A stretch of 61,804 bases of DNA from an uncultured Bacillales bacterium (GTDB lineage: Bacteria > Bacillota_I > Bacilli_A > RF39 > UBA660), in assembly GCA_946611235.1 (NCBI GenBank), contig CAMODE010000003.1, forward strand, positions 1 to 61,804, in the 5' to 3' direction. Shown in pieces: positions 35,042-44,148 of this stretch (position 1 is the stretch's first letter; the number at the start of each line of letters is the position of its first letter). A program made the position numbers and the translations under genes. Under the pieces are notes generated by a model. It did no database searches. It saw only the letters and a program-made list of their open reading frames with translations, and was not told where the DNA came from.

Positions 35042-37015
35042 TTAATCAATACTTCGAGAATCATTTATAATTTTATCAAAAATGTCAAGAATTTTATTAA
35101 ATTCTTTAAAATTAAAGTCATTAAAATTTTCAATATCATTTTTTATATTTTCAGCAAAGCATTTTTTACTTAAAGCTAAATTTTTTCTAGTCTCATCTTT
35201 TTGGTCATAAACTTGTGTTTTCCCAGAACCATCTAATATTTTTAGGCTATCTGAACCACATTTATCAATTGCCTTACACATTAAATTACCTTTGATACTT
35301 ATCCCATTAGAATTAAATTCGTTGCCTAAATATAATCTCCTTCCCTGTATATCTTTTCTTTTTATTTCCCTATCTTTAAAATAATGTTCTATACATAAAT
35401 CTTTACTATCATTTCTATGACTAGGAATAGGAATAGACATTTTATAAACATTTTCACTATATTTTATATACTCATTCTTTAATAGTTCATCTATAATTAC
35501 ATCTCGATCGTATATTAAAACAACAGGAACTGGAGGTGATACAACTGTTAAAGCTTCTCCTAACTTGTTTAGAGCAGTCCACCCTTCATCTTGATATTTA
35601 TTTGCCTCTGCAGTTTTTAATCCAATTATCTTAATTTTTTTATCCTTAAATCTATCTAATTTTTCCATTGACTTATAAATATATATAGGATCTGTTTTTC
35701 CTTCGGTGATAACAACTAAATCATTACTTGATTCTATAATATCATTAGTTGTTTCTTTTACAGTCTTTAACAGTTCTTCACTATGATTTATTACTGCATC
35801 ATAAGATGCTTTTACTTCAGATAAATCTATTACATTTTCAATCTTTGTGCCGCTAGGCATATCGTATATATCACATTTATTATTGTATAAATCATTAATA
35901 CCATATATTAAAAATGGAGATTGAGTCGTTATAACAAATTGAATATTTTTAAATTTCTTCATTAATTTAGGCAAAACATTAATTTGTAAATCAATGTGAA
36001 GATTTAGTTCTGCCTCATCTATTAATACAATGCCCTTTATATCTTGAAAATTAAATGCTTTACTATTAATTGTTTTATCATAATCCATTAAAATTGCAAC
36101 AAACAATGATAATAACGAATATTCTCCTGTTGATAATTTATTAAATGAATCAATGATTTCATCTTCATCACCATTTGATTTAATACCAATAATTCCTATT
36201 TTTCTGTTCTCTTTTTGGCTTACATATAGTCTTTTTCTGCTATATTCTTTATCTTTAAATTCAGATATAATACTATTTATAAAATCTATTATACTATTGT
36301 TTTTACCTATATATATAACACGAGGTTCACCATTACTATCTAATATGAAGCTATTGTTATTATCTTTTAAAAAGTGTTTATGATCATATATTTCTTTATC
36401 TATAATTGTATTTAAAATATATGATTCAAAATTATTTTGTACGGTATTACAAATAACATTTCTTAAATTTTTGCCGACATACTTTTCTTCTAATCTAAGT
36501 TCAGATTTTATTTCATTATTTTTCCAACCTGGAACATAATACCTGTCTACAGGAAAATATAAACATACATTTTCATCATAATTTAATTTTCCACTTTTTG
36601 CTTCATACATTCCATTTTTTTTAAAATCGCTGTCATTTCTTAACTTATTAGTGAACTCATGAAATGTGTCATTATCAATTGTACTTTGAGGTTTTTTACT
36701 TAATATCTCTGCATAATTAAAGTTGTTATCATCAAAATCAATTGATATTATTCCTTCCTGCTTATTATTTTTTATATAAGAAGTAGAAATTACTTTATAT
36801 AATTGGTTTGTTTCTTTTTCTAAAATATTATTATATTGTTCAGACTTATTATTTAATAATGCCTGTAATATTTGTGCTAAAATCAACGTTTTCCCAGAAC
36901 CATTTTTTCCCATTAAAACAATAGGTACAGGAGAACCATCTTCATTAAAACTAGGTTTAATTTCAAATTTATCGATAGGGCCATAATTTTCAATATTTAA
37001 TTTTTTTATATACAT
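35042..37015 (-). CDS. Fused ABC-type ATPase + TOPRIM/DUF4435-like nuclease domain protein (OLD / PARIS AriA-AriB-like)
   Basis: The start is ATG 37015 (MYIKKLNIENYGPI) after GGAGGT. Motifs are Walker A GKNGSGKT, LSTGEYSLLSLF, Walker B VLIDEAELNLH and TTQSPFLI. The C-terminal part has VVITEGKTDPIY and LIYDRD (TOPRIM E / DxD-like). Confidence 0.8.
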   Translation of the reverse strand: MYIKKLNIENYGPIDKFEIKPSFNEDGSPVPIVLMGKNGSGKTLILAQILQALLNNKSEQYNNILEKETNQLYKVISTSYIKNNKQEGIISIDFDDNNFNYAEILSKKPQSTIDNDTFHEFTNKLRNDSDFKKNGMYEAKSGKLNYDENVCLYFPVDRYYVPGWKNNEIKSELRLEEKYVGKNLRNVICNTVQNNFESYILNTIIDKEIYDHKHFLKDNNNSFILDSNGEPRVIYIGKNNSIIDFINSIISEFKDKEYSRKRLYVSQKENRKIGIIGIKSNGDEDEIIDSFNKLSTGEYSLLSLFVAILMDYDKTINSKAFNFQDIKGIVLIDEAELNLHIDLQINVLPKLMKKFKNIQFVITTQSPFLIYGINDLYNNKCDIYDMPSGTKIENVIDLSEVKASYDAVINHSEELLKTVKETTNDIIESSNDLVVITEGKTDPIYIYKSMEKLDRFKDKKIKIIGLKTAEANKYQDEGWTALNKLGEALTVVSPPVPVVLIYDRDVIIDELLKNEYIKYSENVYKMSIPIPSHRNDSKDLCIEHYFKDREIKRKDIQGRRLYLGNEFNSNGISIKGNLMCKAIDKCGSDSLKILDGSGKTQVYDQKDETRKNLALSKKCFAENIKNDIENFNDFNFKEFNKILDIFDKIINDSRSID

Positions 37016-37107
37016 ACTACAATACCTCCATTTGTAATAATTAAAATCAAGGTGACAAGATGACAATATCAATGATGGGCCTCAATTAACTGTCATATTG
37101 TCATTTT

Positions 37108-37452
37108 TTATTGAACCAATTTATGCTGTTCCTCACTCCATGCAGGAGTACAAGACATGGAAACAACACAGTACTTAGTATCCCAATAATATTTTTCGTT
37201 TGAATTTATTAAAATGGAATCACCTTTTTCAAATTCAACAAATTCATTATCAAAACATAATTTACCATTTCCACCAAGTACATAAATTAATTCTTTACTA
37301 ATGGTATTTACACAATATCCTGATTCAGGATATCTACCTGTTATAGTTGCAATCCCCAAATCTATATCTTTATCATTAAATGAGTACTCTAATGTTTTAC
37401 ATTTGTCACTATTAGCACCATTAACAGCACTATTGCTTTTAATAATTTGCAT
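37108..37452 (-). CDS. Cupin-fold small protein
   Basis: 114 aa, beta-rich. G.YPESGY..N....E..YVL.G.G.L......V.F.KGD...I pattern. Confidence 0.6.
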   Translation of the reverse strand: MQIIKSNSAVNGANSDKCKTLEYSFNDKDIDLGIATITGRYPESGYCVNTISKELIYVLGGNGKLCFDNEFVEFEKGDSILINSNEKYYWDTKYCVVSMSCTPAWSEEQHKLVQ

Positions 37453-37522
37453 TTAATTCACCTCTAATCTTTTTTCCTTTTACAGCGTTTTTCAAATTTC
37501 ATACTTTAAATAAAACTTAAAA

Positions 37523-38530
37523 TCATTCCTTATCATTTAAAACTTTTTCTACCTCACTTATTAATTGCTCTTTATTAGGAATATAATATGTATATGTTGA
37601 AGTAAATAAATTATTTGAAATACCATTTAAAGCAAATTCCATCATTACATTATCTTTTTCTGTACATAATATAATTCCAATTGGTTTATTGTCATCTTCA
37701 TCATTTACAACTTGTTCATAATAATTAAGATATAAATTCATTTGTCCTAAATTTTCAGCCTTTAAATTATTCATTTTTAAATCAATTAAAACATAAGACT
37801 TTAAAAACTTATTATAAAAGACCATATCTACATAATAATTAGTATTATTAAGAGTTATTCTTTGTTGGCTACCAACAAACATAAACCCTTTACCAAGCTC
37901 TAGTAAAAAATCTTCAATATGCTTAATTAATTTATATTCTAAATCTTTTTCAAGTAATGGTTTTTGTTCTTTAATACCTAAAAATTCAAATACATAAGGT
38001 TCTTTAATCAAATCACTTGGTTTTGATAAAACTTGCCCCTTTTTAGATAGTTCTAAAACTTTTTCTTTATTTGGTTTTCCATCAGAAAGTAATAATCTTT
38101 CATATAGTGAAGTATCTAGTTGCCTTTGTAGTTCTCTAACACTCCAATGAGAATTAATGCACTCTTTCTCATAGAAATTTCTTTTTGCATCATCTTTTAT
38201 TATTATTAACTCGTTATAATGAGTCCAAGTTAATTCTGAACTTATTTTTTCAAAATCAGGATATGTCTTATAAAAAATCCTCATATATTTAAGGTTAGTG
38301 TAAGAATATCCTTTACCTAAATACTTTGTTAATTCTTTAGAGAGTCCTTTTAATACTTCTTTTCCATACTCTAAACGATTATTATATTCATTTTCATTTG
38401 ATACTATAATTCTACCAATGTTCCAATAAACATAAACTATAGAATTATTAATTTCTTTTGATAGTTTAGATTTAACATCATTTACTAATGAAGTTATTTC
38501 ATCAACCATTTTATTATTTTCTTCTAACAT
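37523..38530 (-). CDS. YhcG/DUF1016-type PD-(D/E)xK nuclease family protein
   Basis: The N-terminal helical region includes WTHYNELI. The C-terminal VDMVFYNKFLKSYVLIDLKMNNLKAENLGQMNLYLNYY fits the D...(D/E)xK core of this family. Confidence 0.75.
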   Translation of the reverse strand: MLEENNKMVDEITSLVNDVKSKLSKEINNSIVYVYWNIGRIIVSNENEYNNRLEYGKEVLKGLSKELTKYLGKGYSYTNLKYMRIFYKTYPDFEKISSELTWTHYNELIIIKDDAKRNFYEKECINSHWSVRELQRQLDTSLYERLLLSDGKPNKEKVLELSKKGQVLSKPSDLIKEPYVFEFLGIKEQKPLLEKDLEYKLIKHIEDFLLELGKGFMFVGSQQRITLNNTNYYVDMVFYNKFLKSYVLIDLKMNNLKAENLGQMNLYLNYYEQVVNDEDDNKPIGIILCTEKDNVMMEFALNGISNNLFTSTYTYYIPNKEQLISEVEKVLNDKE

Positions 38531-38544
38531 AATGATTCCTTTCC

Positions 38545-38570
38545 AATTGGTCAGTCGCGACTGACCAATT
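38545..38570. repeat. 26-bp perfect palindrome AATTGGTCAGTCG|CGACTGACCAATT
   Basis: Read directly from the sequence. It lies between the stop of 38609..38917 and the RBS of 37523..38530. Confidence 0.9.
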
Positions 38571-38608
38571 CATAAATTGCAATTATAATACTTTTGCCAT
38601 TATTATCT

Positions 38609-38917
38609 TTATTTTACTAAATCAGTATAATAAATAATTTCTTTATTTAATGATTTAGCAAACTCTATTTCGCTTTTAGTACTACTACCTATATAACCAT
38701 TAACATTTACAACTAAAATAGCATCAGATAATTTTATTCTTTCTCTATGCATTTTATCTAAAATTTGTACTTCTTCTTCAGTAAAATCATCTTTTTTAGT
38801 TCTAGTCGGACTAAAAATAGGTAATAATAAACAATTATTTTCTAATTCCATTTTCATAGCTATCTCCATCATTTGATTTATAAATTTCATGCTTCCACAT
38901 ACTGTTATAATTTTCAT
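38609..38917 (-). CDS. 102-aa nucleoside 2-deoxyribosyltransferase-like (Rossmann-like) small protein
   Basis: The pattern MKIITVCGSMKF....SDAILVVN.NGYIGSST..EIEFA is typical of small NDT-like/DUF4406-type proteins. Assignment is tentative. Confidence 0.5.
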   Translation of the reverse strand: MKIITVCGSMKFINQMMEIAMKMELENNCLLLPIFSPTRTKKDDFTEEEVQILDKMHRERIKLSDAILVVNVNGYIGSSTKSEIEFAKSLNKEIIYYTDLVK

Positions 38918-38939
38918 TGATTTTATCTCTCCTTTTTAT

Positions 38940-39332
38940 TTAATCAAGATTCCAAATGCCTAGATGTCCCTTCGCTTTAATAGGATTATTCAAAACTTTT
39001 ATATCTTTTAATATCCATGCATATCTTCCAACGGCATAAACGCCTGTTAAATATTCATTTTTATTTTTCTTTATTTTTTTTATAAATTCTTTTGTCATTT
39101 CAATACAATCAATTAATTCACAAGAGCAAATTATATTTCCATAATTTAAACAATTAATATCAACTAAATCCATCAATTCTTTATTATTTTTATACTCTTT
39201 TGGGATTTTAGTTGAACTAGCATGAATATATAATTTACCTCTATAATTAGTTTTCCAACTTCTAGTCTCAATTGTTTTGATACCATTTTTAATTAAAGTA
39301 GCATATGGTTCTGTTAAACTTAATACTTTCAT
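38940..39332 (-). CDS. ASCH domain protein
   Basis: KTIETRSWKTNYRGKLYIHAS motif. ATG 39332 has proper spacing to the AAGAGGTG RBS, whereas the ORF-track GTG at 39338 abuts it. Confidence 0.65.
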   Translation of the reverse strand: MKVLSLTEPYATLIKNGIKTIETRSWKTNYRGKLYIHASSTKIPKEYKNNKELMDLVDINCLNYGNIICSCELIDCIEMTKEFIKKIKKNKNEYLTGVYAVGRYAWILKDIKVLNNPIKAKGHLGIWNLD

Positions 39333-39343
39333 TTCCACACCTC

Positions 39344-39688
39344 TTATTTAACCATTTCCCAACTTTTAAAATAAACACATTCATTTAATTCATTAAACTT
39401 TATTTCATAAATTCCATCATAATCTTTGTTGTTTTGTTTCAAAATCCATTGTGCAATTATTGTATTTCCATCTAATGCTAATAAATTAATTTCTATTTTT
39501 TGTATATCTTCATTTTTAACATGTTGCCATTCTTGATTAATTTCACAGGTAGTAGTATATGGCTTCATAAAAGGTGTTTCTTGATAGTATGCTGTCTTAG
39601 TAAATAAAGAAACTGCACTTTCAATATCTTTATTAAACCAATATTCTTTTAATTTATTTAACCACTGTTCAGCAAATTCTCTAGTCAT
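39344..39688 (-). CDS. NTF2/SnoaL-like fold small protein
   Basis: 114 aa. The N-terminal helix AEQWLNKLKEYWFNKDIESAVSLF followed by a beta-rich C-terminus fits an NTF2-like layout. Tentative. Confidence 0.45.
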   Translation of the reverse strand: MTREFAEQWLNKLKEYWFNKDIESAVSLFTKTAYYQETPFMKPYTTTCEINQEWQHVKNEDIQKIEINLLALDGNTIIAQWILKQNNKDYDGIYEIKFNELNECVYFKSWEMVK

Positions 39689-39705
39689 CTAATTATCTCC
39701 TTTTT

Positions 39706-40554
39706 TTATTTCTTATGTTTTTTATTACAATTAATCATTTCATAATAAACATTTTCTATTTTATTTAATTCATCAAATTGTTCTTGAGGTGCATTTCTAT
39801 TCATCATACATTGTTTAATATTATCCATTCTTTTCCCATAAGTAAGACAAGCATACTCATTGCTTTGTTTTCTCAATTCTTGTAATACATTCAAGTAATT
39901 TTCACCAACTGGTATAACCTTAAATTGATTACCAAATGGTACAACATAATTTACTTTTACACCGAGTGATAGACATCCAGATATGAAATCAGGCAATAAA
40001 GTATAACATTTATTATGTGATTCAATATTTGATAATTTAGCATTATTGCTTTTTAATATTTCTTTTTCATATCTTTCTCTTGTAGCAAGTAAACTTGCTA
40101 AATCTCCTGCTACCACAACATTTAAAACAACATCATATTCATCAGGAATTGTTTTTATTAATTCCAATAAGCTACTATCAATTGGAGCTTTTTCTCTTAA
40201 AACCGAATATCCATTTTGTATTGCATAAGAGAAAAGTTCATCTCCCCATAAATGTGCATCATAATTTGTTAGTTTTGCATAACTTGTTGGATATTTATCC
40301 AATATTTCATCAGAATACTTACTTAAATGTCTATAATCATCGGAGTTTATAATCACATACTGAGATAAATTTGAATTATCTATAAATGTTGTTTTTCCAC
40401 ATCCTGGTTGCCCAACAACAAACATGATAGATGAATTATTTTCAATATCTCTATCTGAAAATAATTTATTCTTTAAAAGTTCTAAAACTACACCATGTTC
40501 TTTTTCAGATAGTTTGTATTTTTCAATTAAATTGTTTAACTTTTGGTTGTCCAT
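39706..40554 (-). CDS. Zeta-toxin family P-loop kinase (PezT-like)
   Basis: Walker A GQPGCGKTTF, INSDDYRHL, AHLW......A...GYSVLRE and TRERYE follow the zeta-toxin motif order. ATG 40554 follows a GGAGGT RBS. Confidence 0.75.
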   Translation of the reverse strand: MDNQKLNNLIEKYKLSEKEHGVVLELLKNKLFSDRDIENNSSIMFVVGQPGCGKTTFIDNSNLSQYVIINSDDYRHLSKYSDEILDKYPTSYAKLTNYDAHLWGDELFSYAIQNGYSVLREKAPIDSSLLELIKTIPDEYDVVLNVVVAGDLASLLATRERYEKEILKSNNAKLSNIESHNKCYTLLPDFISGCLSLGVKVNYVVPFGNQFKVIPVGENYLNVLQELRKQSNEYACLTYGKRMDNIKQCMMNRNAPQEQFDELNKIENVYYEMINCNKKHKK

Positions 40555-40578
40555 TTTTATAACCTCCACATATTTTTT

Positions 40579-41103
40579 CTATAAATCATTAGGTAATTTG
40601 CTATAATCATATTTTTTAACTACATCTTTTAATTCTTCTAAAGATTTATTAATATCTTCTATTGCATTTTCTAATGTATAATTTATTCCTCGATTATCTC
40701 TTATAAGTTCTAATTTATGTGCAACTCTATCTAAATCAGCCATTACATTTCTTGTTATGTTTCGTTTATTACTATCCCAATCTAAAATATCATACTTAAA
40801 GTTTCTGCACTCTTTAATAATATTTTTTAAATCTCTAGTTGATTTATTTTGAAACTCATCATTAGTAAGCATTGTTGTTATAGCATTATATCCTGCTGCT
40901 TTTAATAATTGTTCTAAAGACAAATCAAGTTCTTCAGCAATTTTTCTTAATACTTCTATATCAGGTTTTTGAACTTTTCCATTTTCAAGATCATTTAATG
41001 ATGTATTACTTAATCCTATTCTTCTAGCAAGTTCTCTTTGAGAGAAGTTTTTTATATCTCTTCCGCCTTCAATTAAAGTTTTTAAAGTAATCTCTTTATC
41101 CAT
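40579..41103 (-). CDS. XRE-family HTH protein with C-terminal extension (PezA-like antitoxin/repressor)
   Basis: FSQRELARRIGLSNTSLNDLENGK HTH_3 motif plus about 100 aa of helical C-terminal domain. Its stop lies about 25 nt upstream of the zeta-like gene's start. Confidence 0.8.
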   Translation of the reverse strand: MDKEITLKTLIEGGRDIKNFSQRELARRIGLSNTSLNDLENGKVQKPDIEVLRKIAEELDLSLEQLLKAAGYNAITTMLTNDEFQNKSTRDLKNIIKECRNFKYDILDWDSNKRNITRNVMADLDRVAHKLELIRDNRGINYTLENAIEDINKSLEELKDVVKKYDYSKLPNDL

Positions 41104-41196
41104 ATAAATACTCCTTCATTTATTAGGATATAAATTAATCCCAAATTCATTATATCACACTTTGTAAGTTTTTCACAACATTTTTGTCAGTTTTTC

Positions 41197-41225
41197 TTGA
41201 CAATAAAATTTATTTGTTAGATAAT
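41197..41225 (+). promoter_or_regulatory. Sigma-A-type promoter for the IME mobilization module
   Basis: TTGACA (41197-41202), 17-nt spacer, GATAAT (41220-41225). An inverted repeat TTGTAAGG-ATAA-CCTTACAA follows immediately downstream. Confidence 0.5.
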
Positions 41226-41268
41226 AAAATTGTAAGGATAACCTTACAACACAGAAAGGAGGGAGAAA

Positions 41269-41505
41269 ATGACTGCTGAGGAAACTTTAGAAATCGTATC
41301 AAAGCAATGGTGCAATTTAGAAGATTTAATGAAAATTAGCCAAGTTGGTAGAAACTCTGCACTTAAAATCAAACGAACTATTAAAGATAAACTTACTAAA
41401 CAAGGTTATATGGTTCCAAAGCATGTAGTACCTATGAAAGAAGTAGTAGATTATTTAGATATTAATATAGGTTATTTAGAATCTCGAGTAAAGAAAGGAG
41501 CGTAA
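41269..41505 (+). CDS. 78-aa DNA-binding (excisionase-like HTH) protein candidate
   Basis: AAAGGAGGGAG RBS. First gene of the rep-mob-int module. LEDLMKISQVGRNSALKIKR looks HTH-like. Confidence 0.5.
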   Translation: MTAEETLEIVSKQWCNLEDLMKISQVGRNSALKIKRTIKDKLTKQGYMVPKHVVPMKEVVDYLDINIGYLESRVKKGA

Positions 41506-41508
41506 AAT

Positions 41509-42465
41509 ATGAAACTAATTGAAGAGATAGATACAAGCGAAAAAAAAGACATCATTGTCGAAGGACTAATGAGGTCTAAAGGTGTTTATTTACTTGTATC
41601 AAAACCTAAAGTAGGAAAGTCTATGTTGGCACTGCAACTTTCCTACTGCCTTACAAATGGATTACCATTTCTAGGACACAAAGTAACGTTTTCACCTGTA
41701 TTATATATTAGCACAGAGTCTGATTTTGGTCAATTACAGGATAGATACAAAACATTACAATTAACTCCAAAGGAAGGCTCATTATTTATCATGGATAGAA
41801 ATGGAAAACCTACTATAAGTATATTTGATCATGAATATGAAATAGCTGATTTTGCTGGTGATAAAAAGAATAATAAATTCGTAATAATAGATATGCTTAA
41901 AGATATGGACTTAGGTATCTCTTATGATATTAATGATTTTCAAGATATAGCTCAAAAGTTAATGCCTAAGTTAAGAGAATTATGTGAGAAATATAATATC
42001 ACTATTCTATTTACTCATCACTTAAATAAAAGAAATGAAACATTAGGTAGTACAGCTTTTGATGCCTGTATAGATGGTAAAATTACTTTATTTGAAAATA
42101 GAAATGACCATAATCATTTAACTATGAAAGTGATTAATAGAGATTTTGAAGGTTTTGATGTAGATTTAAAAAGAAATAAAAATCAAACTTTTAAAATAAG
42201 TAATCCAATTGAAGATGATGAAATTGATGAAAACTTAATTTTTTTTATTAAGTATGCATCATATAAAAAAGATTTTGAATTTACTTCTACAAGTATTATT
42301 CATGATGCAAAGTTAAAAACAACTGCTCTACGCTTTGAAAGAGCATTAAATTTAAATATTGATTTACTTAAAAAAGAAGGTCTTCATATAACAAAGTCTA
42401 GAACTAGTAATGAAAGAAAATATCATTGTGTATATGAAGAACCTATACTTGAAGATGATGAATAA
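41509..42465 (+). CDS. RepA/DnaB-like AAA_25-type ATPase
   Basis: Walker A SKPKVGKSMLALQL, Walker B FVIIDML, and TILFTHHLNK. Typical RecA-fold replication or processing ATPase of small integrative elements. Confidence 0.7.
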   Translation: MKLIEEIDTSEKKDIIVEGLMRSKGVYLLVSKPKVGKSMLALQLSYCLTNGLPFLGHKVTFSPVLYISTESDFGQLQDRYKTLQLTPKEGSLFIMDRNGKPTISIFDHEYEIADFAGDKKNNKFVIIDMLKDMDLGISYDINDFQDIAQKLMPKLRELCEKYNITILFTHHLNKRNETLGSTAFDACIDGKITLFENRNDHNHLTMKVINRDFEGFDVDLKRNKNQTFKISNPIEDDEIDENLIFFIKYASYKKDFEFTSTSIIHDAKLKTTALRFERALNLNIDLLKKEGLHITKSRTSNERKYHCVYEEPILEDDE

Positions 42466-42540
42466 TCATCTTCTATAAATAAGAACGTGGCACGTTTTGC
42501 GAGTTTACTCGTGAAAGTGGCGATAGTGATTATTTGGGAT

Positions 42541-42620
42541 TTTTAAGGGTGAAATCCTTAAACTCACGATTGGGCTATGCCCTAGTGAGATAGGTCATAA
42601 ATGACCTCTAACACTAAAAA
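42541..42620 (+). other. Candidate oriT upstream of mob
   Basis: Inverted repeats TTAAGG-GTGAAA-TCCTTAA (42543-42561) and AGGTCAT-AA-ATGACCT (42592-42607), with CTAGTGAG between them. This resembles the hairpin + GTGxG nick region of MobV-type oriTs. Confidence 0.35.
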
Positions 42621-42641
42621 CAAAGAAAGGAGAATTATATA

Positions 42642-44054
42642 TTGTATGATGGAAAACAAGTAGTACGAGTTGAAACTCAATATAAAAAAGCCGACCTTTA
42701 TAATATTGGTGTTGAAATGACTAATAGAAAAGGTACAGGTAATTATGATAAAGATAGAACTATATTTAATGGTGAATATGTATCTCTTACTCAAAATAAT
42801 TTATATCAAGAAGTAAAGAATAATTTAAAAGTAAGAAATATTGAATATCAAAATAGACCTAACACTAACCTTTTAAATGGTGTAACATTCACAAGTGGTC
42901 CTGAGTTCTTTCAATCACTTGGAATGAAGTTTAAAGATAGTGGTAGGACTTATCATACAGGAGATAAAAAAGGACAAGCAGTAATGATTCCTGATATTAA
43001 ATCTAAAGATGATATACCAAAAGCTGTAAGTTACTTTTTTGACTCCTGTATGGAGTTTTTAAAAGAATATGTTGGTGAAGAAAATATCTTATTATCACAA
43101 ATTCATTATGATGAAGACACTCCTCACCTACAAGCTTATTTTGTTCCTGTTGTTAATAAAGTTAAAAGAAAATGTTTTGTAAAAGATGAAAATGGTAATG
43201 TTGTTAAAGAAGAAGTTAAAAAGAAAGATGGTACAACTTCCATTGTACCTAAGTTACTTCGTGATGATAAAGGTAAAATTGTTTATGAAGAAGTAAATGG
43301 TAAATTTCTAAACTGTGATCAGTTTTGGAAAGATAAAGGTGGTAAATTATCTTTTCATCAAATGCAAAATGACTTTAATAAGTTTATTACTGAAAAAGGA
43401 TTTAATCTATATCGTGGTGATGTTGGAGCAAATAAAGAAAACCAATCAAAACTAGATTATGATATTGCCGAGAAAAAAGCCGAATTAGAAGAATTAAATA
43501 AAGAAAAGGAAAATACCTTAAAGATTATTGAAAACTCTAAAAACAGGCTTAAAAATCTCGAATATAATAGTGATTATAGTAATGTATTAAATCCTACTAA
43601 AAGAAAACTCGGTGGTTATAAAGAAGATGATGTTTTTAAGATAATTAAATACACAAAAGGATTACAACACAAAATAATCATCTTAAGTACTGATAATGCT
43701 AATAAAGATAGGGAGATTAATAAACTTACTGAAGAAAATAAAACTTTTAAAAATAACAATGAATTATTAAAGAGAAATGAAATAATTAAGGAACAAAAAC
43801 AAGAAATTGGTAGATTAAATGATTTAGTTAATATATTAAGCAATAATATTGAGAATTTAAAAACCAAATTAGAAACTGAAGTTGATAAATGGAAATCTCT
43901 ACTTAAAAAGATATGTAAAGCACTTGATAAAGTTTTAGGTAGAGATAAATCCAAAGATAAATTAGAAGAATATGAAAATATAGCTGATGCTATTAATTAT
44001 GGTTATTATAGTAAAAGCCATAAAAATAAAGATGATTTTGAAATAGAAAGATAA
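42642..44054 (+). CDS. MobV (Mob_Pre) family relaxase
   Basis: HYDEDTPHLQAYFVPV (HxDExxPHxH motif) with N-terminal VVRVETQYK and a coiled-coil C-terminal half. TTG start after AAAGGAG. Confidence 0.85.
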   Translation: MYDGKQVVRVETQYKKADLYNIGVEMTNRKGTGNYDKDRTIFNGEYVSLTQNNLYQEVKNNLKVRNIEYQNRPNTNLLNGVTFTSGPEFFQSLGMKFKDSGRTYHTGDKKGQAVMIPDIKSKDDIPKAVSYFFDSCMEFLKEYVGEENILLSQIHYDEDTPHLQAYFVPVVNKVKRKCFVKDENGNVVKEEVKKKDGTTSIVPKLLRDDKGKIVYEEVNGKFLNCDQFWKDKGGKLSFHQMQNDFNKFITEKGFNLYRGDVGANKENQSKLDYDIAEKKAELEELNKEKENTLKIIENSKNRLKNLEYNSDYSNVLNPTKRKLGGYKEDDVFKIIKYTKGLQHKIIILSTDNANKDREINKLTEENKTFKNNNELLKRNEIIKEQKQEIGRLNDLVNILSNNIENLKTKLETEVDKWKSLLKKICKALDKVLGRDKSKDKLEEYENIADAINYGYYSKSHKNKDDFEIER

Positions 44055-44148
44055 AACTATCACACTTCAGTTGGAGAAATTAATTAAATATGGTAAACTA
44101 CCAATTGAAGTGCGTGAATAGTCTAATCTAAGCAAAGGAGGAATGAAA

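Noticed and set aside
33043-37015. RT gene lying about 700 nt from an ATPase-TOPRIM (OLD-like) gene, superficially like a retron or DRT-type defence pair
   Set aside because: The RT is embedded in a complete group II intron: GTGTG 5' end, domains V/VI, and maturase RGWINYFR. It is separated from the ATPase gene by the IME att core and two terminators. The adjacency results from intron homing to a terminator, not from an operon.
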